A program made the position numbers and the translations under genes. DNA of 64,000 nucleotides from an uncultured Bacteroidales bacterium (lineage in GTDB: Bacteria; Bacteroidota; Bacteroidia; Bacteroidales; WCHB1-69). Below, in pieces: positions 28,859 to 37,237 of the stretch. Location of the stretch: NCBI GenBank assembly GCA_900315245.1, contig OMYJ01000002.1:57864-121863 (forward strand). Reading direction: 5' to 3'. Numbering within the stretch: the stretch's first letter is position 1; each line of letters starts with the position of its first letter. The notes beneath the pieces are model-generated. The model was not told the DNA's origin and did no database searches. It saw only the letters and a program-made list of their open reading frames with translations.

Positions 28859-29101
28859 ATGGCATTCACGTTTTTCAACAACAGAGAACCCCGGCAGTTC
28901 AACTACAAACCCAGGTACTACGACCCGAAGAAAGAAGAATCCACCGGCGACGCACGGAAAGACTTCGCCCGCAACCTCCACGACGAGTGGCAAAGCAAGC
29001 GCAACCACACCGGAGACCGCAAGAACAACTCTTCGATAACCATCCTTTTCATGATATTCTTCGTGATCGTGCTCGCCCTCGTACTCTGGAAATTCTTCTA
29101 A
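28859..29101 (+). CDS. small membrane-anchored conserved hypothetical protein
   Basis: 80 aa. MAFTFFNNREPRQFNYKPRYYDP... with a C-terminal TM (ITILFMIFFVIVLALVLWKFF). TATCTTTG box at 28833-28840. Confidence 0.55.
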   Translation: MAFTFFNNREPRQFNYKPRYYDPKKEESTGDARKDFARNLHDEWQSKRNHTGDRKNNSSITILFMIFFVIVLALVLWKFF

Positions 29102-29107
29102 CCCGAA

Positions 29108-29172
29108 CAGGTTTCAGGTTTCAGGTTTCAAGTTGAGACTCACCTGAAACCTGAATCTTGAAACCTGAAACC
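29108..29172. repeat. GGTTTCA x3 / TGAAACC x3 inverted tandem-word hairpin
   Basis: caggtttcaggtttcaggtttcaag...cacctgaaacctgaatcttgaaacctgaaacc. A related copy lies at 28603-28636 on the other side of tRNA-Met. Confidence 0.8.
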
Positions 29173-29200
29173 ACATAACCTTTTAACCATTTTTAACCCT

Positions 29201-31066
29201 ATGGAAGACATCATACGCCTGCTGCCCGATGCGGTGGCGAACCAGATAGCGGCCGGAGAGGTCGTGCAGCGACCCGCCTCTGTGGTCAAGGAGTTGCTTG
29301 AAAACGCCGTGGATGCCGGCGCAACCCAGATCCAACTCATCATCAAGGATGCCGGCAAAACGCTCATCCAGGTGACCGACAACGGCAAAGGCATGTCGTT
29401 CAACGACGCGCGCCTCTGCTTCGAGCGTCACGCCACCTCCAAGCTGCGCAAGGCCGACGACCTGTTCCACATCTGCACCAAGGGATTCCGCGGCGAGGCC
29501 CTCGCCTCCATCGCGGCCATCGCGCACGTGGAGCTCAAAACCAAGCCCGCCGCCGACGAGATGGGCACCCTCGTGCTTATCGAAGGCGCCGACATCAAGG
29601 AACATGCGCCCGTCACCTGCGCCGACGGCACCTCCATCGCCGTCAAGAACCTCTTCTTCAACGTGCCCGCCCGCCGAAACTTCCTCAAGTCCGACAAGGT
29701 GGAGCTCACCCACATCGAAGAGGAATTCTACCGTGTCGCGCTCATCCACCACGATCTCACCTTCCAATACTATAACGACGGCAAGCTCGTCTTGCTGTTG
29801 CCCGCTTCCAACATGCGCCAGCGCATCGTCAACGTTTTCGGTCAGCACTTCAACGACAAACTTTTCCCCGTGGAGCTCAACCACGAACTGATGCGCGTCA
29901 CCGGTTTCATCGCCAAGCCCGAAAACGCCAAGCGGAAAAGCGAGCAGTACATGTTCGTCAACCATCGCTACGTACGCCACAGCCTGCTCAACTTCGCGGT
30001 CGAGAAGGCGTACGCCGACCTCATCCCGCAGGGTTCGCACCCCGCCTACTTCATCGCCCTTGAAATCGACCCCGCTATGATCGACGTCAACGTCAGCCCC
30101 ACCAAAGTGGAGGTCAAGTTGCAGGACGAACGGTTGTTCTTCGGGTTCCTCAACTCCACGGTGAAGAAAGCCCTCGGCACCATGTCGCTCACCCCGATGA
30201 TCGACTTTGACGACTCTTTTCCCGACATTATCACCGACCGTCCCGAGAACAAAGAGATTGTCGCGCCCACCATCCGCACGAATCCCAACTACAATCCTTT
30301 CGACAAAGTGCCGGAAAAGAAGCACAATTCCCCGTTCCAACAGTTTGGTGGCGGTAATTTCCGTCGCGAGACGCCCACCTCCAACGACTGGGAAAACTTC
30401 CTCAAAGAGCTGAATGTGGAAAAGGTGGAATACCCGAAAGAGGAACAGCAACAGGTTGAATTCCAATCTCATACTGAAGAAAACCAACTCGACATTCCCG
30501 AAAATATCCCGTTTTTCGTGTTCGGAGGCCGCTACCTCTTTTTCGAGCTGAACGGTCAGGTGATGGCCGCCGACCTGCCCAACGTGCAGGAACGCATCCT
30601 TTACGACATGTACGTCAACGCCCTGAAGAACACCCCGATACGGCCGCAACAGAGCTTGTTCCCGCAAACGGTGACGCTCACCGCCGCCCAAACCGACTTG
30701 GCCATCTCACTGAAGGAGGATTTCCTGCGATTGGGCTACGACCTCGAAAAGATTGACAACACGCACTTGGCCGTCAACGCCACCCCCAACGATGAAGAGG
30801 AAGAAGGTGACGTGCAGGCACTTATCGAAAACGTGCTGACCGCCTACCAGACCAACCAAGTCATCCACAAGGGCGACAAAATCGCCGGCATCGCGCAGAG
30901 TCTGGCGCGACAGAAACGCTCCCGCCAGCGCGTGCCCGCCACCCAAGAGGAGGTCAAAGCGTTGATCCGCAAATTGTTCGAAAGCGACATGCCCACGTTG
31001 ACACCGTCTGGCAAAAGCACGTTGCACATTTTCGGAGCGGAGGAGTTGCGACACTATTTCGAGTGA
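29201..31066 (+). CDS. mutL: DNA mismatch repair protein MutL
   Basis: IRLLPDAVANQIAAGEVVQRPASVVKELLENAVDAGA (GHKL ATPase N-terminus); 621 aa. Confidence 0.95.
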   Translation: MEDIIRLLPDAVANQIAAGEVVQRPASVVKELLENAVDAGATQIQLIIKDAGKTLIQVTDNGKGMSFNDARLCFERHATSKLRKADDLFHICTKGFRGEALASIAAIAHVELKTKPAADEMGTLVLIEGADIKEHAPVTCADGTSIAVKNLFFNVPARRNFLKSDKVELTHIEEEFYRVALIHHDLTFQYYNDGKLVLLLPASNMRQRIVNVFGQHFNDKLFPVELNHELMRVTGFIAKPENAKRKSEQYMFVNHRYVRHSLLNFAVEKAYADLIPQGSHPAYFIALEIDPAMIDVNVSPTKVEVKLQDERLFFGFLNSTVKKALGTMSLTPMIDFDDSFPDIITDRPENKEIVAPTIRTNPNYNPFDKVPEKKHNSPFQQFGGGNFRRETPTSNDWENFLKELNVEKVEYPKEEQQQVEFQSHTEENQLDIPENIPFFVFGGRYLFFELNGQVMAADLPNVQERILYDMYVNALKNTPIRPQQSLFPQTVTLTAAQTDLAISLKEDFLRLGYDLEKIDNTHLAVNATPNDEEEEGDVQALIENVLTAYQTNQVIHKGDKIAGIAQSLARQKRSRQRVPATQEEVKALIRKLFESDMPTLTPSGKSTLHIFGAEELRHYFE

Positions 31067-31192
31067 TGATGAACAAAAATATACAATAATCACCAAAAAT
31101 ATGCCACGAATTGTCAATAATTAATCTTTGTATATAAAACACTTGTATTCTATAAGAAATAATGAAATACAATTTTTGAATAATACATAATC

Positions 31193-31240
31193 AATTCGTG
31201 ATAATTCGTGATAATTCGTGATAATTCGTGATAATTCATG
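31193..31240. repeat. tandem word repeat (ATAATTCGTG x4.5)
   Basis: aattcgtgataattcgtgataattcgtgataattcgtgataattcatg. Confidence 0.9.
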
Positions 31241-31248
31241 TAAACAAT

Positions 31249-32016
31249 ATGAAATGTATTACTGTTGACAATCTGACATTTGCCTACGACGACCGCGTGA
31301 TTTTCAACGACTTGTCTGTCAGCTTCCCGCAAGGCGGCTTCTGCTCAATTCTGGGACCGAACGGTTCCGGCAAGACCACGTTGCTGAAGTGCATCGTGGG
31401 GTTGTTGCAACCGAGTGGCGGCACCATTATGTTAGAAGGGAAGCCGATGTCTGAGTACAAGATGATGGATTTGGCGAGAAAAATTGCCTATGTGCCGCAA
31501 TATCAGGACATCGTGTTCGACATTTCCGTGTTCGACTACGTGATGTTGGGGCGCAACCCTTATCAGACCCCATGGGAGATGCAACGCACTGAGGACAAAG
31601 AGATTGTGGAGGCAATGTTGCAAAAGTGCAATGTATGGCACTACCGCGACACATTGATACAGTCGTTGAGCGGCGGCGAGCGTCAGCGGGTGATGATCGC
31701 CCGTGCCATGGCGCAGCAGACCGGCATCATGCTCCTGGACGAGCCGCTCTCCAACATCGATGTCACGCACAAGTTCGAGATCATGGACATCTTGCAACAG
31801 TTAAATGAGGAGCGGAACGTCACGGTGCTCATCATCCTCCACGACTTGCCGATCGCGAAGGCCTATTCCAAGCAGGTGTTGTTACTCAAAGAGGGAAAGA
31901 TGCTGCACTTCGGCGACAAAAACGCAGTCCTGACGGAGGAAAACATCCGGAACTGTTTCAATCTGACGGAGCGGTATGCCGTGTCCGAGGAGGGGTTTAT
32001 TACGAAGAGACTTTAG
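31249..32016 (+). CDS. ABC transporter ATP-binding protein (FecE/BtuD-like), no adjacent permease
   Basis: Walker A GPNGSGKTT, signature LSGGERQR, Walker B MLLDEP. ATG 31249 is preferred over the GTG at 31228, which lies inside the repeat. Confidence 0.85.
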   Translation: MKCITVDNLTFAYDDRVIFNDLSVSFPQGGFCSILGPNGSGKTTLLKCIVGLLQPSGGTIMLEGKPMSEYKMMDLARKIAYVPQYQDIVFDISVFDYVMLGRNPYQTPWEMQRTEDKEIVEAMLQKCNVWHYRDTLIQSLSGGERQRVMIARAMAQQTGIMLLDEPLSNIDVTHKFEIMDILQQLNEERNVTVLIILHDLPIAKAYSKQVLLLKEGKMLHFGDKNAVLTEENIRNCFNLTERYAVSEEGFITKRL

Positions 32017-32093
32017 CTTTTGGCTATTAGCTATTGGCTGTAAATAGCCGAATGTTAAAAGCTAAAAGCCAAGAGCCAAAAGCTAATAGCCAG
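32015..32093. repeat. AGCYAAWA tract in hairpin configuration (family copy 4)
   Basis: agcttttggctattagctattggct ... agctaaaagccaagagccaaaagctaatagccag. The 11-nt agcttttggct pairs with agccaaaagct. Confidence 0.8.
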
Positions 32094-32165
32094 ACGATTA
32101 TGAATAAAATAGGAATGAAACATGAAATTCCGGATTACAAATGCATTTCGTATCGGAAAAAATAC

Positions 32166-32173
32166 TATTTTTG
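32166..32173 (+). promoter_or_regulatory. -7 box (TATTTTTG) for tRNA-Ser
   Basis: 13 nt upstream of the tRNA 5' end. Confidence 0.6.
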
Positions 32174-32185
32174 CCGCCCGAAAAT

Positions 32186-32270
32186 GGAGAGATGGCAGAG
32201 CGGTCGATTGCGGCGGTCTTGAAAACCGTTGAGGGTAACACCTCCGGGGGTTCGAATCCCTCTCTCTCCG
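32186..32270 (+). tRNA. tRNA-Ser (anticodon TGA)
   Basis: ggagagatggcagagcggtcgattgcggcggtctTGAaaaccgttgagggtaacacctccgggggttcgaatccctctctctccg. Long variable arm; acceptor stem GGAGAGA/TCTCTCC. Confidence 0.9.
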
Positions 32271-32292
32271 CAGAAGCCCGAAACTCAATCAG

Positions 32293-32327
32293 AATCAGCA
32301 AATTACAAGCGTAGTTTGCTGATTTTT
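32293..32327 (+). terminator. rho-independent terminator after tRNA-Ser
   Basis: 10-bp stem aatcagcaaa/tttgctgatt, 12-nt loop, T5. Confidence 0.75.
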
Positions 32328-32440
32328 GCGTTAAAATCGGGACAGAAAATGCCCGGTCGCCCAAAGAGAAGAGAAAAAAAGCATAAAAAAAGAGGACCCG
32401 AAAGCCCTCCTTTCATTTCTCATGGCGTATTGCATTCATT

Positions 32441-32557
32441 TCATCGCTTCACCGCCTTCCTCACCACGCTCACCCCTCGCTCGAAGTTGATCTTTACGAG
32501 GTATGTGCCGGAGGGATAGGGCGAGAGGGCATGTTTCTTATAAGTCTCGAGGTCCAC
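32441..32557 (-). pseudogene. 3' remnant of a T9SS type A CTD-encoding gene (38 codons + stop), truncated at its 5' side
   Basis: The minus-strand frame reads VDLETYKKHALSPYPSGTYLVKINFERGVSVVRKAVKR*, preceded by an in-frame TGA at 32558-32560. There is no upstream body for this domain. Confidence 0.55.
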
Positions 32558-32601
32558 TCAATGATTTATCGCTTGTATGGGGCCTAAAACAAAACGTACA
32601 G

Positions 32602-32665
32602 TGAATTTTGCCTGAATTTTGCCCGAAAATTGCCTGAAAAACAGTGGGTTATACTGAATTTTGCC
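32602..32665 (+). repeat. TGAATTTTGCC direct repeats (2 abutting + 1 variant + 1 at 32655): candidate transposase end-binding sites
   Basis: tgaattttgcc (32602), tgaattttgcc (32613), cgaaaattgcc (32624), tgaattttgcc (32655). Related copies: tgtattttgcc 32775, ccgattttgcc 32923, inverted ggcaaaattga 33041, ttaattttgcc 33129. Confidence 0.5.
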
Positions 32666-33220
32666 GGATGGGCGAGACAAAACAAACTGTACCAAAACTT
32701 ATATTTTGGTTTAATTTTTGACGGGCGAGGAGCCCGTTTTCTGTAGCAAAAGTTTAATCGGGGTTTGCAGAGGTTGTATTTTGCCCGTGGAATGGCTGTA
32801 AATGGCCGATTCTGCGGGCTTTTTCGTGTGCTTTAGAGGATGGGCGGAAACGGGTGGAATCACACGGATCCGAACGCCTTTTTATACCCTTGAAAGAATG
32901 TTGCAACGGGTGCGATTTGTACCCGATTTTGCCGACAGACTGACAATGGACTTACAAACAGACTTACAACAGACTTACATTTTTTGTGTCGAAAATGTTG
33001 GATTGAAAGGGGTGTTTGTGCCGATTTTTTCACGTAACTTGGCAAAATTGAGGAAATAGAGGGGGTATTTTTCGCCACTTTTGAACCGTTTTATTCCTGT
33101 TTAAATGGCTAAAAATCAGTGTTGTAGGTTAATTTTGCCGGATTTGGCGCGTGTGTGTGCCGTTTTGGGGTGCGCGGGAGGCGGGTGCGGCGGTCGCGTG
33201 GTGGGTGCGCGGCGTGTGCG

Positions 33221-33862
33221 CTACTCCAGACGGATCACACCCACCACAATGCTCAGACTGCGGATGTCGCTCTTGGGGATGCTGAACGGCGGATAATTTT
33301 CGCGGTTGTCGGACACCAGGAGTATGCGGTCGGGATCCTCGTCCTGGAATACGCGCTTGACCAAAGCGCCCTGGCTGCTGTCAATGACATAGATTTTGCC
33401 CCACTGGAAAAAAAGCACGTCATGCACGCGGCGGCAGGCGAGTATGTCCCCGTTACTATATTTAGGATACATGGATGAACCGGAAACACGGATCATATAC
33501 TCCACGTTGAGGTTGGCAAAATCAGGGATGATGTAGTGCGCACAGTCGATGAAGCGCGTGCCTACCGGATCATCCGTGGGAAGCCCCGCCACCGCCTCGA
33601 TCGGGATGAGCGGGATGCCCGTGCCTGGCTCTGTAGCGAGGTGTGCTGCCGGGAGGTCGCTACGGAGCATTGACCCGCGTCCTGTGACTAACCAATCCAG
33701 CGAAATTTCCGGAAAAGTATTTAGAATCGTCTCTAAATTTGCCGATGTAACACTCCCACCTTTGTCCAAAAAGCCATTCGACAGACCTGTTTTTTTATAA
33801 AAATCTGTCTTGGAAAGATTTTTTTCTTTTATGAAAATCAATAAGTTAGACTTCGTATCCAT
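33221..33862 (-). CDS. phage repressor, XRE-type HTH + S24 (LexA-like) autopeptidase domain
   Basis: 213 aa. N-terminal HTH (LSKTDFYKKTGLSNGFL). C-terminal VSGSSMYP (Ser nucleophile) and ALVKRV (Lys). Confidence 0.85.
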   Translation of the reverse strand: MDTKSNLLIFIKEKNLSKTDFYKKTGLSNGFLDKGGSVTSANLETILNTFPEISLDWLVTGRGSMLRSDLPAAHLATEPGTGIPLIPIEAVAGLPTDDPVGTRFIDCAHYIIPDFANLNVEYMIRVSGSSMYPKYSNGDILACRRVHDVLFFQWGKIYVIDSSQGALVKRVFQDEDPDRILLVSDNRENYPPFSIPKSDIRSLSIVVGVIRLE

Positions 33863-33868
33863 TTAAAA

Positions 33869-33943
33869 GTAGATTTTTTTCTCAAAATTTAGCCGATTGA
33901 TTAGATTTTTTTCTAATTTTGCCGCGCAGTTCCATAATGGAAT
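33869..33943 (+). promoter_or_regulatory. early control region: 13-bp direct repeat x2, -7 box TAATTTTG, 6-1-6 palindrome
   Basis: tagatttttttct at 33870-33882 and 33902-33914. TAATTTTG at 33914-33921. ttccat-a-atggaa at 33931-33943, near the predicted transcription start. Confidence 0.5.
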
Positions 33944-33982
33944 TGGCGTGTAAAAATACGAAAATTTCAAAACGAAGTTACA

Positions 33983-34165
33983 ATGGAGAAAACACCGAAG
34001 AAAGTATGGACGAAGAAAGGCACGGGGCTGATGCTGGCGCGGAGGTTCCGGGTGTCACCGAGATGGGTGAGCAAGGTGCTGAACGGCGGCGGAGACAGCC
34101 AGACGGCCCGCAACATCAGAGCGGTGGCCGTGAGAGACTACGGCGGAATCCCCATTTACGAATAG
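33983..34165 (+). CDS. Ner/Cro-like small DNA-binding protein
   Basis: 60 aa. GLMLARRFRVSPRWVSKVLNGG is HTH-like. It is the first gene of the early operon, divergent from the repressor. Confidence 0.6.
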   Translation: MEKTPKKVWTKKGTGLMLARRFRVSPRWVSKVLNGGGDSQTARNIRAVAVRDYGGIPIYE

Positions 34166-34181
34166 AAGATGGAGGCGGACG

Positions 34182-36317
34182 ATGAATACATTGCTATCAT
34201 ATAACGGTCGGATGGGCTTTGAGGCGCGTTTCCTTTGGGAAAGCGGCATCATGAAGCGCGGTACCTATGACCAGAACGTGGCACGGCAGCGCATTGAGGT
34301 GCTGCACCGGTCCGCTCCGGGCATTCCGGCGGTGGTGGCTTACGACACGCTGCCCCTGCACCTCAAGAGCAAGGTGGACCGCGCACTGGCCAACCGTGGC
34401 GAAGCCGCCGTGAAGGAGGGTGCGCCGCAGATCTCGGTATTTGAGAGCCTGATACACGAGGATGCCGATGCCCGCTGCTTCTACGCCGACTACCAGCTGA
34501 CCGACGGAAGACCCCTGCCCGCGCACGTGCAGACCGAGTACTACAACAACGCCATCGTGCTGAACGCGGTGCGCGAAATGCTGACCATCCGCAAGGGCCG
34601 CCGCGATGCCTGCAACATCAGCGGCAACCGCAAAAACGGCCTCTTCGCCAGCGTGAGCGCTGACGTGAACGCCGTGAACCGCGACCGCTATCCGCACACG
34701 CTGCCATCGAACGACCGCCGCCTGCGCGACCGCTATAATGCCTACTTCCACAACGGCAATCCCGACTATGAGAGTCTTATACACAAGAATTACTGCAACC
34801 AGAACAGCCGGAAGGTGACGGAGGCGGTGAAGTGGATGATCCTTTCGCTCTACTGCCAGAAAAACAACCCGTATGCCGACTGGGTACACGCACAGTATAT
34901 GCAGTTCCTGGCCGCCGGCATCGATGTGGTGGATAGCCGCACGGGACAGATCTTCGACCGCCGCGACTTCACCGATGAGAACGGCGCACCCCTCACTATC
35001 AGCGAGAGCACGGTGTGGAACATTGTGAACGCGCCCGAGAACCGCGTGCTGATCGACAGCATCCGGATGAGCTACCACAAGTTCGGCGCGTTGAGCCGTC
35101 CGCACCACCACCGTCACAACGCGATGTTCAGCTTGAGCAAGGTGAGTCTCGACGACCGTGACCTGCCTCGCAAGATGCACGATGGCAACCGCGTGAAGGC
35201 CTACTACGCATACGACGTGTGCAGCGGTGCTCTTATCGGAGCCGCCTACAGCCGCAAGAAGGACACAGACCTGTATATCGGCTGCCTTCGCGATATGTTC
35301 CGCTTCCTTGACAGACGCGCTTTAGGCCTGCCGCTGGAGATGGAGGTGGAAAACCACTTGGTGAACCAGTTCGAGGACGACCTGATGCGGGCGGGCAACC
35401 TGTTCCCGTTCGTGCGCTGGTGCGCCCCCACGAACTCGCAGGAGAAACACGCTGAGCAGTTCAACCGCGCCAAGAAGTACGGCTACGAGAAACGCTATCA
35501 GGACGGCATTGGCCGTTGGTATGCCAAGCTGCCGGTGAACCAGACAGAGGGCGAGCGGTTCTACAACGATCAGACCGACCGCTACGAGATCAAGGAGAAA
35601 ACCTACAGCTACGAGCAGTTGGTGGCTGACGATATGCAGATGATCGAGGCCTACAACAACGGCCTGCACCGCGACCAGAAGACCTATCCGGGGAAAACCC
35701 GTATGCAGGTGTTCCTCGAGAACCTGAACCCGCAACTGAAACCGATGAACCGCAGCCTGTTGCTGCGCTACATCGGAAACCACACTTCAACCAGAATCCA
35801 GCGCAACCAGTATGTGCAGGTGCAGTATGCCGACTACCAGCTGGAGGATCTGTCGATGTTGAAGCGGTTGAAGCCGGGCAACTACAGCGTGGACGCCTAC
35901 TGGCTGGATGACACCGACGGCACTATCGGCGAAGTTTATCTGTACCAGGGCGGGCAGTATGTGGGCAAAGCCGCACAGATTGCCACCTTCACCACGGCAC
36001 AGGCGGAATGGACGGAGGCCGACACAGCCGCGATAACCGAGCAAAGCAAGTATATCAGCAAGTTCGACAAATTTGTCCGCGAAGGCAAGGACAACATAGC
36101 CAACATCAAAGTTCTACCGGCTGAGATGCCGGAGGGTCTGGACTGCCTGCCAGGGAAAGCCCCGGATGTAACCCTGCAAGGGTCCGCCGCCGGGGAGGTT
36201 GGAGGCGCGAGCCTTGTTCCACCCGCCTCCCCGCGTCCGGCGGATGACGATCTGGACGCGCTGATGGAGAAATACTCCGCTGCGGACTACCGGGAATACG
36301 CCATTGAAATGGCATAG
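34182..36317 (+). CDS. Mu A-like DDE transposase
   Basis: 711 aa, in the position after ner. The central integrase/RNaseH-like core region (..VSLDDRDLP.., ..AYYAYDVCSGALIG..) is followed by a MuB-like gene. Confidence 0.8.
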   Translation: MNTLLSYNGRMGFEARFLWESGIMKRGTYDQNVARQRIEVLHRSAPGIPAVVAYDTLPLHLKSKVDRALANRGEAAVKEGAPQISVFESLIHEDADARCFYADYQLTDGRPLPAHVQTEYYNNAIVLNAVREMLTIRKGRRDACNISGNRKNGLFASVSADVNAVNRDRYPHTLPSNDRRLRDRYNAYFHNGNPDYESLIHKNYCNQNSRKVTEAVKWMILSLYCQKNNPYADWVHAQYMQFLAAGIDVVDSRTGQIFDRRDFTDENGAPLTISESTVWNIVNAPENRVLIDSIRMSYHKFGALSRPHHHRHNAMFSLSKVSLDDRDLPRKMHDGNRVKAYYAYDVCSGALIGAAYSRKKDTDLYIGCLRDMFRFLDRRALGLPLEMEVENHLVNQFEDDLMRAGNLFPFVRWCAPTNSQEKHAEQFNRAKKYGYEKRYQDGIGRWYAKLPVNQTEGERFYNDQTDRYEIKEKTYSYEQLVADDMQMIEAYNNGLHRDQKTYPGKTRMQVFLENLNPQLKPMNRSLLLRYIGNHTSTRIQRNQYVQVQYADYQLEDLSMLKRLKPGNYSVDAYWLDDTDGTIGEVYLYQGGQYVGKAAQIATFTTAQAEWTEADTAAITEQSKYISKFDKFVREGKDNIANIKVLPAEMPEGLDCLPGKAPDVTLQGSAAGEVGGASLVPPASPRPADDDLDALMEKYSAADYREYAIEMA

Positions 36318-36352
36318 CAACGAATTTTCAAACCAATTAAAACACCAATAAA

Positions 36353-37225
36353 ATGAACATCAGTAAGGAAATCAAGGAAAAGGTTGTGGAGGCGATGAAA
36401 GAACGCCGTCCGCACTACGCCAGCGACGCGAAATTCGCAGTGGCATTGGGAATCAGCAGCTCGCAGTACAGCCGTGTGATGCGCGGTGACTGGGAACGGG
36501 TGCTGAGCGACAGCAACTGGATCAGCATCGCCCGCAAATTAGAGGTGACGCTGAACGCGCTGCCGGAATGGAAGACCGCCGTGACCCCGGTGTATGAGTT
36601 TGTGACGGGCCAGCTGCAGTTCTGCCAGGACAATGGCAGCAGCCGGATGCTGTGCGACGTGGCCGACATCGGCAAGACCTACACCGCCCGCTGCTATGTG
36701 CGAAACCACGCCAACGCCGTCTATATTGACTGTTCGCAAGTGAAGACCAAACAGAGACTTATCCGCCAAATCGCCAGGGAGTTCGGGGTGGGAAGCGTAG
36801 GAACATATAACGATGTGTACGCAGATTTGGTGTTTTATCTGCGGAGCCTGCCCCGTCCGCTGGTGATATTGGACGAAGCCGGGGACCTGGACTATGCCGC
36901 CTTTCTGGAGCTAAAAGCCCTGTGGAACGCCACCGAGCGGTGCTGCGGGTGGTATATGATGGGTGCCGACGGTCTCAGGGAGAAAATCCGCCGCAGCATT
37001 GAATACAAGAAGGTGGGTTACGAGGAGATTTTCAGCCGTTACGGCAGCCGCTATCAGCGTGCCACTCCGGAGAGCGAGAAGGAGACACAAGATTTCAAAA
37101 AGTTGCACGCCGCCCTCATTGCCAAGGCCAACGCCGGCGCGGGCGTGAACATCCAGCGGCTGATCGCCCAGTGCGACAACTCGCCCCGCCGCATTTATGA
37201 CGAACTGATGAAAGCCAACCGCTAA
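36353..37225 (+). CDS. Mu B-like AAA+ transposition ATPase with N-terminal HTH
   Basis: HTH FAVALGISSSQYSRVMRG; Walker A-like DIGKTYT; Walker B LVILDEAGD. Confidence 0.8.
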   Translation: MNISKEIKEKVVEAMKERRPHYASDAKFAVALGISSSQYSRVMRGDWERVLSDSNWISIARKLEVTLNALPEWKTAVTPVYEFVTGQLQFCQDNGSSRMLCDVADIGKTYTARCYVRNHANAVYIDCSQVKTKQRLIRQIAREFGVGSVGTYNDVYADLVFYLRSLPRPLVILDEAGDLDYAAFLELKALWNATERCCGWYMMGADGLREKIRRSIEYKKVGYEEIFSRYGSRYQRATPESEKETQDFKKLHAALIAKANAGAGVNIQRLIAQCDNSPRRIYDELMKANR

Positions 37226-37237
37226 ACGCACGGAACT

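Noticed and set aside
32186-32270. tRNA-Ser as an integrase attachment site for the adjacent prophage.
   Set aside because: - No tyrosine or serine integrase is present.
- The element encodes a MuA/MuB-type transposition system.
- About 290 bp of host sequence, including a terminator and a gene remnant, separates the tRNA from the phage end.
- No duplicated tRNA 3' segment is seen.
33160-33210. Possible G-quadruplex (runs GGGG, GGG, GGG, GGG) downstream of the repressor gene.
   Set aside because: One loop would be ~17 nt and the G-runs are short, so the G4 potential is weak. The strand asymmetry is explained more simply as a C-rich rut-like tract on the repressor transcript.
32229-33478. ORFs 32229-32519, 32802-33059, 33105-33296 and 33155-33478 in the tRNA-Ser / prophage left-end region.
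   Set aside because: They have no start context, low-complexity or Arg/Gly-rich translations, and overlap the tRNA, the repeat arrays or the repressor gene. They are treated as non-coding end or control DNA.
33919-34185. 88-aa ORF as an alternative to the Ner/Cro-like gene.
   Set aside because: Its translation is Glu/Arg/Gly-rich with no fold signature. The 60-aa frame (33983-34165) has an HTH-like segment and sensible spacing from the early promoter.
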